A DNA stretch of 64,000 nt from Rhodosorus marinus CCMP1338 (lineage: Eukaryota; Plantae; Rhodophyta): contig JAMWBK010000002.1 of the NCBI GenBank assembly GCA_029953675.1, forward strand, positions 806,001 through 870,000. Reading direction: 5' to 3'. Positions 23,151 through 34,339 of this stretch are shown here, in pieces. The notes below the pieces were generated by a model that worked only from the letters and a program-made list of their open reading frames with translations, was not told the DNA's origin and ran no database searches. Position numbers and translations under genes: made by a program. Each line of letters begins with the position of its first letter. Position 1 is the first letter of the stretch.

Positions 23151-24779
23151 CTAAACGTAGCTTGGCAGGCCCTTCGGCAGAACCGCAGCGATTAGTGGGG
23201 ATTTGCCATGCAGAAGACCTCCTAGAACGTTTCCCAGCCCAAGTCTGTATGCCAATCGAGGCAGGGCAAGCAGAGCGGACGCCAGTTTAGGAGCAACTGC
23301 TCGCGTGTAAATTGAGGCAACTATCCCGTTAACAACAATCTTTCCTTCCATTGTGTGAGGGTTGTAGAGACCTTGCTTCTTGACAAACTTGACCGCACTT
23401 ATCTCTGTCTCGGAGCCGTCAGCTAGAACTACCCTGTCTCCAACCTTCGCGTTCATGGCAATCATCAGCTTGCCGTTCACTGGAAGGTAGTGGGTATGGC
23501 TCAGCTCTATTTCGGCGCCCCCCGCTTCCAGTCGGACGAAAGTCGTGAAAGCAGATTCGTCCTTATGTCCCCACGAGAACACGGTGCTGTATCGGCCACC
23601 CCCAACGTGCAGGGAATCTCCAATCTGCACCTGGTCAATCCGCTTCGTCGTTCCGTCAGCAGTTTCAACCATGGAGTCAGCGGGGAAGCAGGTATTAAGA
23701 TCTGCTGGGTCTCCGCTTTCAGAACCCTCATCATTTCCGTCACTGTCATCATCTCCGGTACCGTCATCATCCCCATTGCCGTCATCATCTCCAGTACCAT
23801 CATCGTCTCCAGTGCCGTCGTCATCCCCGCTGTCGTCATCATCTCCAGTACCGTCATCATCTCCAGTACCGTCATCATCTTCACTGCCGTCATCATCCCC
23901 ATTGCCGTCATCATCCCCATTGCCGTCATCATCCCCATTGCCGTCGTCATCCAAATTGCCGTCATCATCATCATCGTCGTCTCCATCTCCAATAATTCCT
24001 CTACATTGCCTTTTGAGGGAACGCTGAGCCTCGTCCAAATGGTCTTCGTCCACAAGTGGACAGCTCGATATGAACTCCTTGGCGCAGTTAATGAAATCGA
24101 GAGCTTCGTTGCAGCACTCTTCAAGACCGTCGTCCGAGTTGCAGACCGCAGCGGCACCGCATTTCTCGAAGAGCAGAAGAGAGCATTCCTCGTCCTCGTC
24201 ATCTCCATCTCCATCTCCGAGAGAGTCCTCACACTGTTCTCGGATATTTTCGCCAAGTCTTTGCAAATAATCCTCATCCACAAGCGGACATTCCGCGGCG
24301 AACTCCTCGGCACACTCGATGAAATCGGCGGCTGATTTGCAGCACTCGACAAGATTGTCACGCGGACTGCAAATTGCGGCTGCACCGCACTTCTCAAGGA
24401 GCTTAGCGGAACAATCATCGTCATTGTCATCTCCATCGCCGTCACCATCGTCCCCGAGTTCGCGGCAGTCCTCCTGCAAATCTTCTAGAAGTCCCTCGTA
24501 CGCCTCCAATCCAGGTACGTCACAAGACTCGATGAAGTCGAGAACGCATCGAGACCATATGTTCACAGTCCTGCAGCATTCCTCGATCGAATCGCTTCTC
24601 GGATCACAAGGCTGGATCATTCCGCACTTCAGAATCTCATTCTGGTCGCAATTTAGCTGATCCTCATTTTGGCGAGCTGATTTCGGGACGTCAAGATGGA
24701 CTGCGCTAGCACAGCACAAAACCCCAACCACTACCAAAAATACTAAACCACTCCTCATCCTGCTCATTAGGTCTTTCAT
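23151..24779 (-). CDS. Secreted Hog/Hint-domain autoprocessing protein: signal peptide, 3 Cys-rich modules, Asp/Gly repeat linker, Hint domain, SRR-like tail
   Basis: Signal peptide GLVFLVVVGVLCCASA. Hint start T|CFPADSMV, KRIDQVQIGD, ELSHTHYL, GLYNPHTMEGKIVVNGIVASIY. Intronless 542-aa ORF. Confidence 0.92.
   Translation of the reverse strand: MKDLMSRMRSGLVFLVVVGVLCCASAVHLDVPKSARQNEDQLNCDQNEILKCGMIQPCDPRSDSIEECCRTVNIWSRCVLDFIESCDVPGLEAYEGLLEDLQEDCRELGDDGDGDGDDNDDDCSAKLLEKCGAAAICSPRDNLVECCKSAADFIECAEEFAAECPLVDEDYLQRLGENIREQCEDSLGDGDGDDEDEECSLLLFEKCGAAAVCNSDDGLEECCNEALDFINCAKEFISSCPLVDEDHLDEAQRSLKRQCRGIIGDGDDDDDDDGNLDDDGNGDDDGNGDDDGNGDDDGSEDDDGTGDDDGTGDDDDSGDDDGTGDDDGTGDDDGNGDDDGTGDDDSDGNDEGSESGDPADLNTCFPADSMVETADGTTKRIDQVQIGDSLHVGGGRYSTVFSWGHKDESAFTTFVRLEAGGAEIELSHTHYLPVNGKLMIAMNAKVGDRVVLADGSETEISAVKFVKKQGLYNPHTMEGKIVVNGIVASIYTRAVAPKLASALLALPRLAYRLGLGNVLGGLLHGKSPLIAAVLPKGLPSYV
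23755..23975 (-). repeat. 18-bp coding tandem repeat encoding ~13 DDDG(N/T/S)G units
   Basis: Repeated CCATTGCCGTCATCATCC-like units on the + strand. Confidence 0.95.
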
Positions 24780-27425
24780 ACTCCAATTTCTTATCTCTAT
24801 CTACCAGCTCTCAGCATTGTCAACCCCTCTCGGCGGAAAACGTACGAGCCTTTTATACCTTTCAACTCCATCTACGCAACGTCGTTCAACGGGAGCCAAC
24901 TCCACCGAATTCGCTATTGAACTGAGAGCAAAAAAATTCATTTTGAGCACACGACTTTCACCCTCAGTTGCTTCCGCCTTGGCCGAAAGCTATTGAAAAC
25001 ATTGATCCCCTTCCCCCAACCCCAAGTGTTAAATTCGGTTCCAACATCACGTTTGCGGACTCACTCCGCCTGTAATCCAATTTAGTTTTCAGTAAACATG
25101 ACTATCCTCGAAAATTAAAGAAATAAATTGAAAAGATTGAGCAGCTTTCTTATGCTAAAATTCCCTTTAGATGAGTAAGAGAATTTAGGGTTGCGAATTC
25201 TTAGTTCCCTTCCCCCTCCCCCTCCGGAACAATTGACTAGATTTAAATGTAAGCAGCACTAATAAAATAAATTTATAATATTTATAGACGGTTCTGATAT
25301 CCATGCGTTCTCCATCCTTTTACCCCCCTTGCTAAATTCCGCATCATGTTCATATATTATTAACTAGAAACAAAAACTGGAGAGCGCTGTCGCGAAAAAA
25401 AATTTCCCAACTCTCTTCGCATTTTAATTCAAAAATAAAGAAAAACAACGAATCCTAGTTGACAAGCGCGGATTTTTGTCGGGTTGTCCTTTTTCGGTTT
25501 TAGAGTATATTATTAAATGGAAGTGTGAGATGAGGTCTGAAAAAGTGCCCGTGGAGAACGGGTGTTTATTAATTTTTTGTTATTATTACACAATCTCCTC
25601 ATATTTGTACGAAAACAATAAGAAAACAAGGAATTTTGTGTTTTGCCGAGGTTTCTCCGTGCCATCGTTTTTTATTTCTAAAAATGAAAATCCTGGCAGC
25701 TCCGTGCTGGGGGCATTCTGAGCCGTATGATTTGGTGGAGAGTTTGTTGGGGTTTTGCGAAAAGCGTAAGCAGCAACTCGTTGTAACTTGGCAATAATTC
25801 CTTTTGAATAAATTACTTCTTTTTAGTGTTTGGAGGTCGGTGGATGGTCGGCTGGCAATAACAACAAGCGAGGATGTTGATTTTTGTTAGTTTCTGCACT
25901 GGAATTTGTGGCACGCGGTAAGGCAGAAAACAAACGTGAATCTGGACATCTTTGGCATTGGTGGCAGTCCTTAGTTTGAAAAAAAGATGAAATTCGGCTC
26001 AAGGGGGAACGAACAAGCTGGGAATGCGGTGATGGTATTTCGGTGACCTTTGGCAGAGCAGCGCTGTGTGATTTGATATCTCTGCGGAAGTTCGCCAGTT
26101 TGCAAAGTCTTGTAGAGAATTGATCTAATTCGCTCCTTAAGGTGAGAACGTATCGCACTCCGTAGTGCGGTACTTGCTAAGTGCCTCTCGGAATCATATT
26201 CGACGGCTAAGATGTAGATAGCTCTGATTGATTCTGGTCCTTTTCCTCTTTTCTTGTTTTGATTTTGTATTGTTTGGGAAGGGTTGGTGCTGGTTGGTTT
26301 TTTTTCTTCTTTTGTTGAGGGCGGTCCGTAGGTTGTCGATCGCGCCTACCCTTTGGAGACAAACAAGACTTTTCTTCGATACCATTCAGAGACGAAGGCT
26401 TTTTCTTCCTCTCGTACTTGCGACTTCACGTCGCACAGGAAGGGCTCACCGGGAAGGGAGAGGGAATAAGCTTGACCAGAAACTGGTCAACAGATCAAGA
26501 CAAATTGTATCTAACAGATGGCTAATTCCCAAGCACGAACTTTGCTCCCAATTCAAGCGTTGGGTTTTCGAAAAAAGTTCGTGACATTCAGAGAACTTCA
26601 AGACGTTCACGTGATCAACTCCAGCGTAGAGGTTTTTCACGTCACCTTACTCGGCCCGCCTGCAAACTTGCTCATAGTGGAACCACCAAACCACACATCG
26701 ACAATGGTCCAGACCCAGACCCACATCGCTCTCCAAGATTATTTTTACCTTTTTTCAGAAAACAAATTCCGTTTCCACAGATCAAAAACACCATCCCTGA
26801 CTATTTTAATCATTATTACATTTTGTGTAATCTCGTATTCGTTTATATTGTTGCGCTATTGCTTTCCTTATATTGCAAAGAATTTGATGTGGCGTCCGCA
26901 GGATGAAGATATTCTTTTCTTTTGAATGTTTTCAACGCCTTTGGGTAATCCCGAAAAACCATTGGTTGGAGGAAACGAGTGCAGCAGAAAATTCTAACGC
27001 ACGCTCGCTCGGCCTCAGTGAGAAGGGGCTGGGAACCAATGTATTACCGAAGGCTCTTCAGTAAAATGTAGACGAGCTGAGCACATGACCTGCTGAGTAC
27101 ACAAGGGTTCGCGCGTTAACGCACTTTGTGAAGATGCGTAGGGTATTCAGAAGTTGGTCGCTCCCAAGTCCCTGTACGTAAGCATCACTTGGCAAGTGGC
27201 GAAAGGACCTACCTTGTCGCCCGTTTATTCTTTAATTTTTGAACACTGTAGTTCTGCTCTTCGAATAAGTTCTGACCGACCCGTTTTGGAGGGGATGTGA
27301 ATTTTTCCTCAATCCCCGCTTATCGTACCATACCACCATTTCGTTACCGACCAACAGTTCATTGAACCTAACCATAAATGCGGCACGCCATAGGCTTGTC
27401 TACCATTCGCAGACGCAGCACGAAT

Positions 27426-27895
27426 CCAAGGTGCGCCTGTTGGCTCTCGTCTATAGCGCTTCTCCCGAGCTGTTCTGCTTATTCACGGTTTAAATTGTTG
27501 TTGTATTTCATCATCTTTAACATCCTGCTTCTCACTATTTTGCACTGATTCTGTTTCACGTTTTCTCAGCACCCAACAACAAGTGATGGTTTTATAGCAA
27601 GCAGTGGAACTATCTGATCGACCTCCTCCAGCACCTGACCTTTCGAACTGGAGAATCACGTTCCAAGCTGCGCCGGTTGAATCTCGTCTATAGAGCTTCT
27701 CCGGAGCTGTTCTACTTCACCGTTTAAATAGTTGTTGTATTTCATCATTTTTAACGTCCTACCTCTCACTATTTTGCACTGGTTCTGCTCATGTTTTCTC
27801 AGCACCCAACAACAAGTGATGGTTTTATAACAAGCGGTGGTACCATCTGCTCGACCTCCTCCAGCGCTTTATATTTCGAACTGGAGAATCACGTT
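27426..27895. repeat. Diverged tandem duplication, 237-bp period, 2 copies
   Basis: 27426-27662 and 27663-27895 align end to end (for example GTTTTCTCAGCACCCAACAACAAGTGATGGTTTTATA occurs in both) with scattered substitutions. No intact ORF. Confidence 0.9.
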
Positions 27896-29248
27896 GCAAA
27901 TGCGAACAGTATCATGTGAGGAAGTTTCAGTATCCTCTGCTATGAGCGACATAACAAAGTCATGGTCTACCACGAACGTGATGCTTTGGACAAATCAACT
28001 AGGTGTCGTACATGGTCTCGCCCAGCTCTAAGATTCGAAGGTCAAGGCATCCCCTCTCAATCTTTGTGGACGTGCTCATACCTCGAGTGAACGACATTAA
28101 CAGTACTACTCGGCATTAGAACTATGGTTGTTGTACAGTAAGAAGTGTACCTCTTTCTCGAACGATGGACTAACGAGGCTTTGAGAAACTTAAGGGAACG
28201 GCTGCCGTCCTGGAGGATCAACCCGAAGACCTACTCAAGGAATTTATCGCAATGCAACCATACATAACCGACAATGAAATGGTACAAAAACTTCAGACAC
28301 AATTCTATGCGAACTTCAGAGCATCATATAGGGTCACGAAGAAGTACACCAATCTGGCTTACGATGGTTTTTGTTTGTTGGAGTATAAATGTGTACTCCA
28401 AGCCCAAAGAGTCACAATAAAATACCCGTCGCAACTGGCAAGCAGAGGAACACCTCATCCTTTCAGCGCAGCTACTGATCCAACCGATTTTGGTTTGCCT
28501 GCAGCAGACAGGTGTGGGGCTGGGGGGTGTACCAGTGGAGTCCTCCACCATAGAATCTCAATCAGTGCATGAACATTATGATTGATTCCGTGGTTTCCGA
28601 AAGCAATCAAAATACCAATCGGACTTCTTTTTCGATTGAAAATTCAATCCACAATTTCTGCGCCGGCCGCGGTTCACGGCGCAGCTTTGTATTTCTCATG
28701 TGAAGATCCAACCCCTTGTTTTTATCTTTCCAATAATCCCAACAGAGAAAAACGGAACAACCTCACCGCCCGTTCTTGGCTTGTTATCCTCATTAAAATA
28801 TCATATTTTCAAATAAAACTAGTATTTAGAAGACTTGCACCCCTTGGCTAAGAATACAGCATCGATTGGTTCAGAAATATTTACCCCGTTGAACGAACCT
28901 TTTTTGTTGTATTGGGACGATTCAGCACCGAAATTGACCCCGTGGGAGGGGGGAGCGACATATATTTTTGTGTGTATGTTTTTAGTGAATAAAATGAAGC
29001 CACTTTAATGAAAGTGAGCAGAATCTGGTTTCCAGGGTTTTTTTTGAGGGTTTGTTGTGGATGTTGGAAACGACGGTGGCGATGACGGAGCGTGGAGTTG
29101 TTTTGGGACGAAAAAACTTTCTTGCGGTTGGTGGGCAAGTTGTGGGGCAGGGGAGGGAGATAGCATTTCGGTGTGGGAATTTTAGGGAGGATTGTCTTCT
29201 CTTTTGCAGCCTGTGATTGGGTTTTTGATCAGCGAGGTTGGAGCAAGG

Positions 29249-30231
29249 ATGGTTGCTAAGTAAGTTTTTTTTTGTTCCGCTCTTTTTGTTGACCAGCTTG
29301 TTGGGGAGGCTTTGGTTTTTGAAGATGCCTTCGGAAAGCTGGGGGCTGGGCAAGGGGATACGGGAGAGATTTCTTGGTCTGACGGATTTTCGTTTTATTG
29401 TTGCTGATCTTTTAGGGTACCGGAATCCCACGCCAAGAAGGCTAAGAGGGATGAGGCTCTTGCCGAGGCTCTCACTGTCTCTTTGAAAGAGAAGAAGGCG
29501 AAGAAGAAGGCCACTAGGAAGGAGATTAAAGCTCGCGGTCTTAAGTATGCCGAAGAGTACGCCGCAGCCAAGCAGGCGGTCATTGACTCGACAAAGAAGG
29601 CGCGAAGCGAAGGTAATATTTTTGTTCCAGAGGGTCCCAAGCTTGTGTTCGCTGTCCGAATTCGTGGTATCAACGGAGTGGCCCCCAAGGAGAGGAAGAT
29701 TCTTCAGCTGTTGAGGCTTAGACAAATCCACAATGGCGTGTTCATCAAGTTGAACTACGCGACCTTAAGAATGCTGCAGAGAGTCGAGCACTACATCGCC
29801 TACGGGTACCCAAGCTTGAAATTGGTGAAGTCGCTGATCTATAAGAGAGGTTTCGGAAAGGTTGGGAAGCCAGGGGCATGGTCGAGAATTCCTCTTTCCG
29901 ACAACCAAGTTGTCGAAGCCAATCTCGGAAAGTTCGATATCCTTTGCGTAAGTTTCTCCCAGAATCGCGCTCTGAAGTTTTGTGTTTGATGGGCCCGTGC
30001 TCACGTGTGGATGTATCGCTTTGCAATGCACTTCAGATGGAGGATTTAGTGCACGAGATCTACACTGTGGGCCCGCATTTCAAGGAGGCAGCGAATTTCA
30101 TTTGGCCGATGAAGCTGAGCTCTCCGAAGGGAGGGTTCTCGAAGTTTTCCAAGTTGAAGCATTTCACCGAGGGTGGTGACGCCGGAAACCGAGAGCACTA
30201 CATTGCTGGCCTCGTAGGAAGAATGGTTTAA
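29249..30231 (+). CDS. RPL7: 60S ribosomal protein L7 (uL30), 3 exons
   Basis: MVAK|VPES...; [14 protein letters not shown]...[18 protein letters not shown]...[10 protein letters not shown]; C|[24 protein letters not shown]...EGGDAGNRE. Introns 29260-29415 and 29948-30036. Confidence 0.97.
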
Positions 30232-30778
30232 GTATCCGAAAGCGATTGGGTACTGAGAAGACTTGTTTTACATTTTATAATCCTGTTAAAAGAACTAAAA
30301 TCAGAATTCCTGAAGCGTTTCCGGCGCCCCTAGCGGATCAATGCTACTCTTATTTGCTGTACTCGCTGTCGGTTCCGAAGCCCATGCTACTCAGGCGCCC
30401 CCCCTCCCGCCAATTCAGAAATAGAAGATGGTAACGACCTGAGGCGACCACAAATGGCATTCCCATTGTTCGAATTTTCCTGGTTTCATCTCTGATCGCC
30501 GGAAGAATACGGTTGGGAAGATATGACCTTATCTGAATAAGCTTCTCATTGAGCCCATAGATGGTGATCCCAATGAACTAGTGGAGCCTTCTATCCAAGC
30601 TGAGGATTCCCGTTCATCCATCAAGTTAGTGAGTTTACGGACGCTGACCCGATACGTTTGGACAGAATTCTTAAAACCCTGGATCCCCGGAAAAGTGGCT
30701 AAACGCACAAGGAGAAGCGACTTTGTGAAGATAAAAAGATAATCAGTTAGAAGGCATTCACGGTGACCGATCCAATCG

Positions 30779-32181
30779 CTAGCTTTCAGCAAATGATAGA
30801 AACCTAATGGCGTTGGCTTTCCACGACGGCGCTTTGGACCATCTTCCAAGACGATGCTCTTGGCCTGTAGCTACTGCCAGCACCTTTCCAGACCGACCAA
30901 ACTTGATACTGTTGACACTCCCTCCCAAGTCTATGTTCAATACCTCATCCAGTGTCCTCTGGGCTTTGCCTCCGCCGGCCTTCCAGATGCTCAGACGTCC
31001 GTTCTGAAGGCCCGACGCACACAGATCTGAGTGTGAGCACGCAGCGACGCTAGTGATGCTTTTGTTTGGGTTCGAGTCTTCAATGAAATGGGTGTGGAGG
31101 GGCTAAACGAGAAGAAAGGAAGATATTCGAATTAGATCGTGGCTAGCCACCGAAAATCCGCTGAATCAGGATCCCGCAAGCAAGCACCTACCTTCTTTCT
31201 GTTGATGCCCCAGAGGGAGAGCGATCCATCGCTGGCGCCCGTAAAGAACAGTGAATCTTCAATGCACGCGACTGCGTCAATTGACTGAGCTGGAGATTTG
31301 AAGACGATCTGTGAAGATTCAGCAATCTTCCACAATCGAAGTGAACCGTCCATTCCTCCGGAGAGGTACCGCTCCCTGCTCAACGCATCAACCGAGATAA
31401 CTTCCGCCCCGTGGCCGAAGAGCGTCTCCACGTATGCCATTTCATCAAGGTCAAACATCTTCAGTGTCCTATCATTGGAGGCAGAAACAAGCTGCTTCGA
31501 ACCGTGCCTAAAACAAAGCGACGTGATCGTCTTGCGATGTCCAGGGAAAGAATGTACAGCGCCCTTCTTACGAACATCCCAAATTCGAACGAGGTGATCC
31601 TCTCCGCCACTTGCGACCAGCTTCCCATCATCGGTAACGGCGACCGCCAGCACGCTTTTCACGTGTCCTTTGGAGTCTTTCGCTTGTAGGTGGGTGTCGC
31701 CACCTTCAAATGTTGTGACAGCCTTACAAGTCTCCACATCCCACAAGTTCACTCTTCGGTCCTTGCCACCAGATACCGCAAAATCAGCGTTTGGAGTTAA
31801 ATCTACACAGCAGGGACTAAGACGATGGGCCTTATGTCTCACAGACACAGTCAACTTTGATGATGCGATCCCGTCTGCGATATCTCTAATCGTCAATCCA
31901 ATGTCCCGACGAGTAACCTCCTCAAGCTCTTCTGCATCCTCAGAGTCCTCCTCATCGACGCCAAGATCAGATAAGTACTTCTTCGCCAATCTCAGTCGCT
32001 TCTCAGCGACAGTCTCATTCAGCTCCTCCCCTTCCTCTTTCACCGAACCCCCCTCCTCACCAACACCCCCTCCTTCCTCACCACTATCCAACTCAGCCTC
32101 ATCGCTGTCAATCTCTTCGTCCTTATCGCTCACTTCCGGCCTTCTTCTCTTCCTCTTCGTTGGCTTGCCGTTCAAAACCAT
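30779..32181 (-). CDS. RRP9: U3 snoRNP WD40 protein RRP9/U3-55K, 2 exons
   Basis: Acidic N-terminus with ETVAEKRLRLAKKYL, WD40 repeats, YVETLFGH...RLWKIAESSQIVF. Intron 31103-31191, then the signature GQEHRLGRW. Confidence 0.93.
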
Positions 32182-32599
32182 CACGAAACTCTTTCGTAAA
32201 CTTCAGTCCCACTCCAAACTCCTCAGCCCGCTCAGCTCTGTCGATGACCGCCGTACCCAACAACAAACTTGAACCAGTCTTTCAGAACAAAGGTCTTCCT
32301 TTTACTCCTCTGGCAAAGAGAATTAGGCTCATCAGCTGAGCTCGATGGATTCTATCCTATGGCCGGCAGTCACAAGCACCCCTTACCGTCGACTTCTTCA
32401 AGAGCATCAAGAGCATCCATTCGATGAAAACGGTGCGTCGCACGGTCACCAAACTGGAAACCCTCAAAAAAGCATTGATTCTGGACGGGTGGGGAATTTC
32501 GGTTGTTGTCGGGAAATACAAGTCCTGTTGAGCCGTTTTGGTTGGATTTACCGCACTTGAAGGGCTACTGTGCGACGGAAGCTAGTCCTCTATGAGCAC

Positions 32600-33315
32600 G
32601 AGTCTATCCAACAGCTGGGCGTCCAGGTTACGGCGCTTTAGCACCAGTGACTAGCAAGGGTTGTGCCCTCGGTGAGCAAGCACGGCTGGAAAATCGTGGA
32701 GCAGCAGCTCTTAGCAGCTCTTAAGTAAGGCTTGGGGAACTAGACCGGCATATCACGGCAAGGCATTTCCATGGACAGTTCACTGGTGGTTCGGCGGGTG
32801 CCTCCTAATTTTGGTGCTCAGAAGCATATCCAACCCCTCCCACGACAGGAGCTAGACTCACTTCTGCTGGGATTTTGGACAGAACTGCTGTTGCTGATAC
32901 TACGTCGAATGGCAGCGGCTGCCCACCCCGTGGTGTCCCCAACGACGCGAACACATTGTACGAACGAGTAAGTGCAGGTAAGATGCAAAGCTCGTATGGA
33001 CTTCAAAGTCAGCCCAGAAGCCTTCCTCTTGTGACGGACGTTCGACGAAAAGACCGGTTTTCCCGGCACCAGGGTTGGGACAAGAGCATCATTTTGTCCC
33101 ATGCGAAGCCGTTTCTCTCGAATCAGTCTGCAGTCGTCGCACTGTCCACGACTGCGGTCTTTAACGCGGTGGTAGTAATCTGAGTATGGATATGGTGCGT
33201 CGTGGGAACGTAGAAACGGCCCAGCGCTACCGGAAGTGAGGGCACGAGTACGCCGATGCCGTGCGCCGCAGGACAGATGGGACATCGAAATCCCCGCTCG
33301 GGAGGACTTATTCAT
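32600..33315 (-). pseudogene. Possible decayed LTR-retrotransposon integrase fragment
   Basis: CDDC...G...LVPTLVPGKP and TCTYS...TTG..AAAIRRSI loosely follow the integrase Zn-finger-to-core layout. Catalytic residues are not recoverable. Confidence 0.3.
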
Positions 33316-33904
33316 TTGACGCCCGAGCTCTAGAATGGAGCAGCATCAAGAGACTCTATATCACGCTTAGATATCGCACCATGCTCAGAAGGATCAATGC
33401 GAAGAAAATCGGTGGGGAATATTCTCCACGACAAAGAGGAGACACAACTAACCTCTGACCGGCCTGGAAGATATCTGAGATATCTTCACCGAACATTTTA
33501 TCTTGCGTTTCGTATAGATTTATTTACTATATTTCAATCTATTTCAGATACTTAGATACTTACCAGTCCAATCCTCTTGGCAAAGGAGGAAGTACAGAGC
33601 CTGCTACACTTAAGCTTCTGAAACAGCGGAGGCGTGTATGGGTATTAAACACGCTTAGACGCCCTCAGGCGTCACTCAGTACAAGTACTAAGGATTATCC
33701 TCTCATCCTGAGGTCTGTTTCGGGAAGCCTTGGTCGCATGATGGGACTCCGCAATCGTGCGCCATAGGATGCAACGACCGCTCTCTTCCAGTTGCCTTGG
33801 TGTCCATAATACTGCAACCTACGAACCAGTCTAATAACAATTGTTGCTGGGTGTCGCTGGCGGTAGTGTTCATTGTGTCTGCGCTCATTTTTTCGGTTGA
33901 TAGT

Positions 33905-34339
33905 TCAAGGGTTCTGTCTCCAGCTCATGCCGTCCAAGCGGTGTTGTTCGGTCACACCTGGCTCTTCGTATTCATCGAAGGAGTTTGCCTCCTCAGAATT
34001 TTCTTCCTGCGCTTCTTCCTTTGTAACAAGTGTCGATAGCGGTGATTTTGGCAAATGCCTGTCCCGCAGAAAGCTGACGGCCTGCCTTGCCTCACTGAAG
34101 TCCGCCGGAGACAAGATCTGCGGGGTTTTCGGCTCCGTCAGAGGAGATTCGCTCACCAGCGGGGGGTTCGCATTAGTCGGACTGTCGAACTCCAGCAACT
34201 GTTTCAGGTCCATTTTATTTATACATGATGGAGTTGGCGCCGGTCGCTCCTCGGGGCGCTTGTCAGGAATCGACTTCAAAATCCGCTGTAACTCCGAGCT
34301 CCCGTATATTGGATCCTTCTCGTCCTTCTTCCTATCCAT
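33905..34339 (-). CDS. Hypothetical low-complexity protein
   Basis: Open frame from MDRKKDEK with S/P/E-rich composition; no family recognised. Confidence 0.3.
   Translation of the reverse strand: MDRKKDEKDPIYGSSELQRILKSIPDKRPEERPAPTPSCINKMDLKQLLEFDSPTNANPPLVSESPLTEPKTPQILSPADFSEARQAVSFLRDRHLPKSPLSTLVTKEEAQEENSEEANSFDEYEEPGVTEQHRLDGMSWRQNP

Noticed and set aside
23490-24660. Long overlapping ORFs in other frames and on the other strand of the Hint gene
   Set aside because: By-products of the low-complexity GAT/GAC/GGN repeat, which lacks stops in alternative frames.
25823-26925. Possible small spliced gene on the minus strand (MSKFAGGP...)
   Set aside because: A splice path can be drawn, but the product has no recognisable motif and alternatives fit equally well.
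29260-29415. Intronic snoRNA in RPL7 intron 1
   Set aside because: No box C (RUGAUGA) / box D pair or H/ACA structure is discernible.
28982-29731. 249-aa minus-strand ORF
   Set aside because: Antisense to RPL7 and its promoter; no protein-like features.
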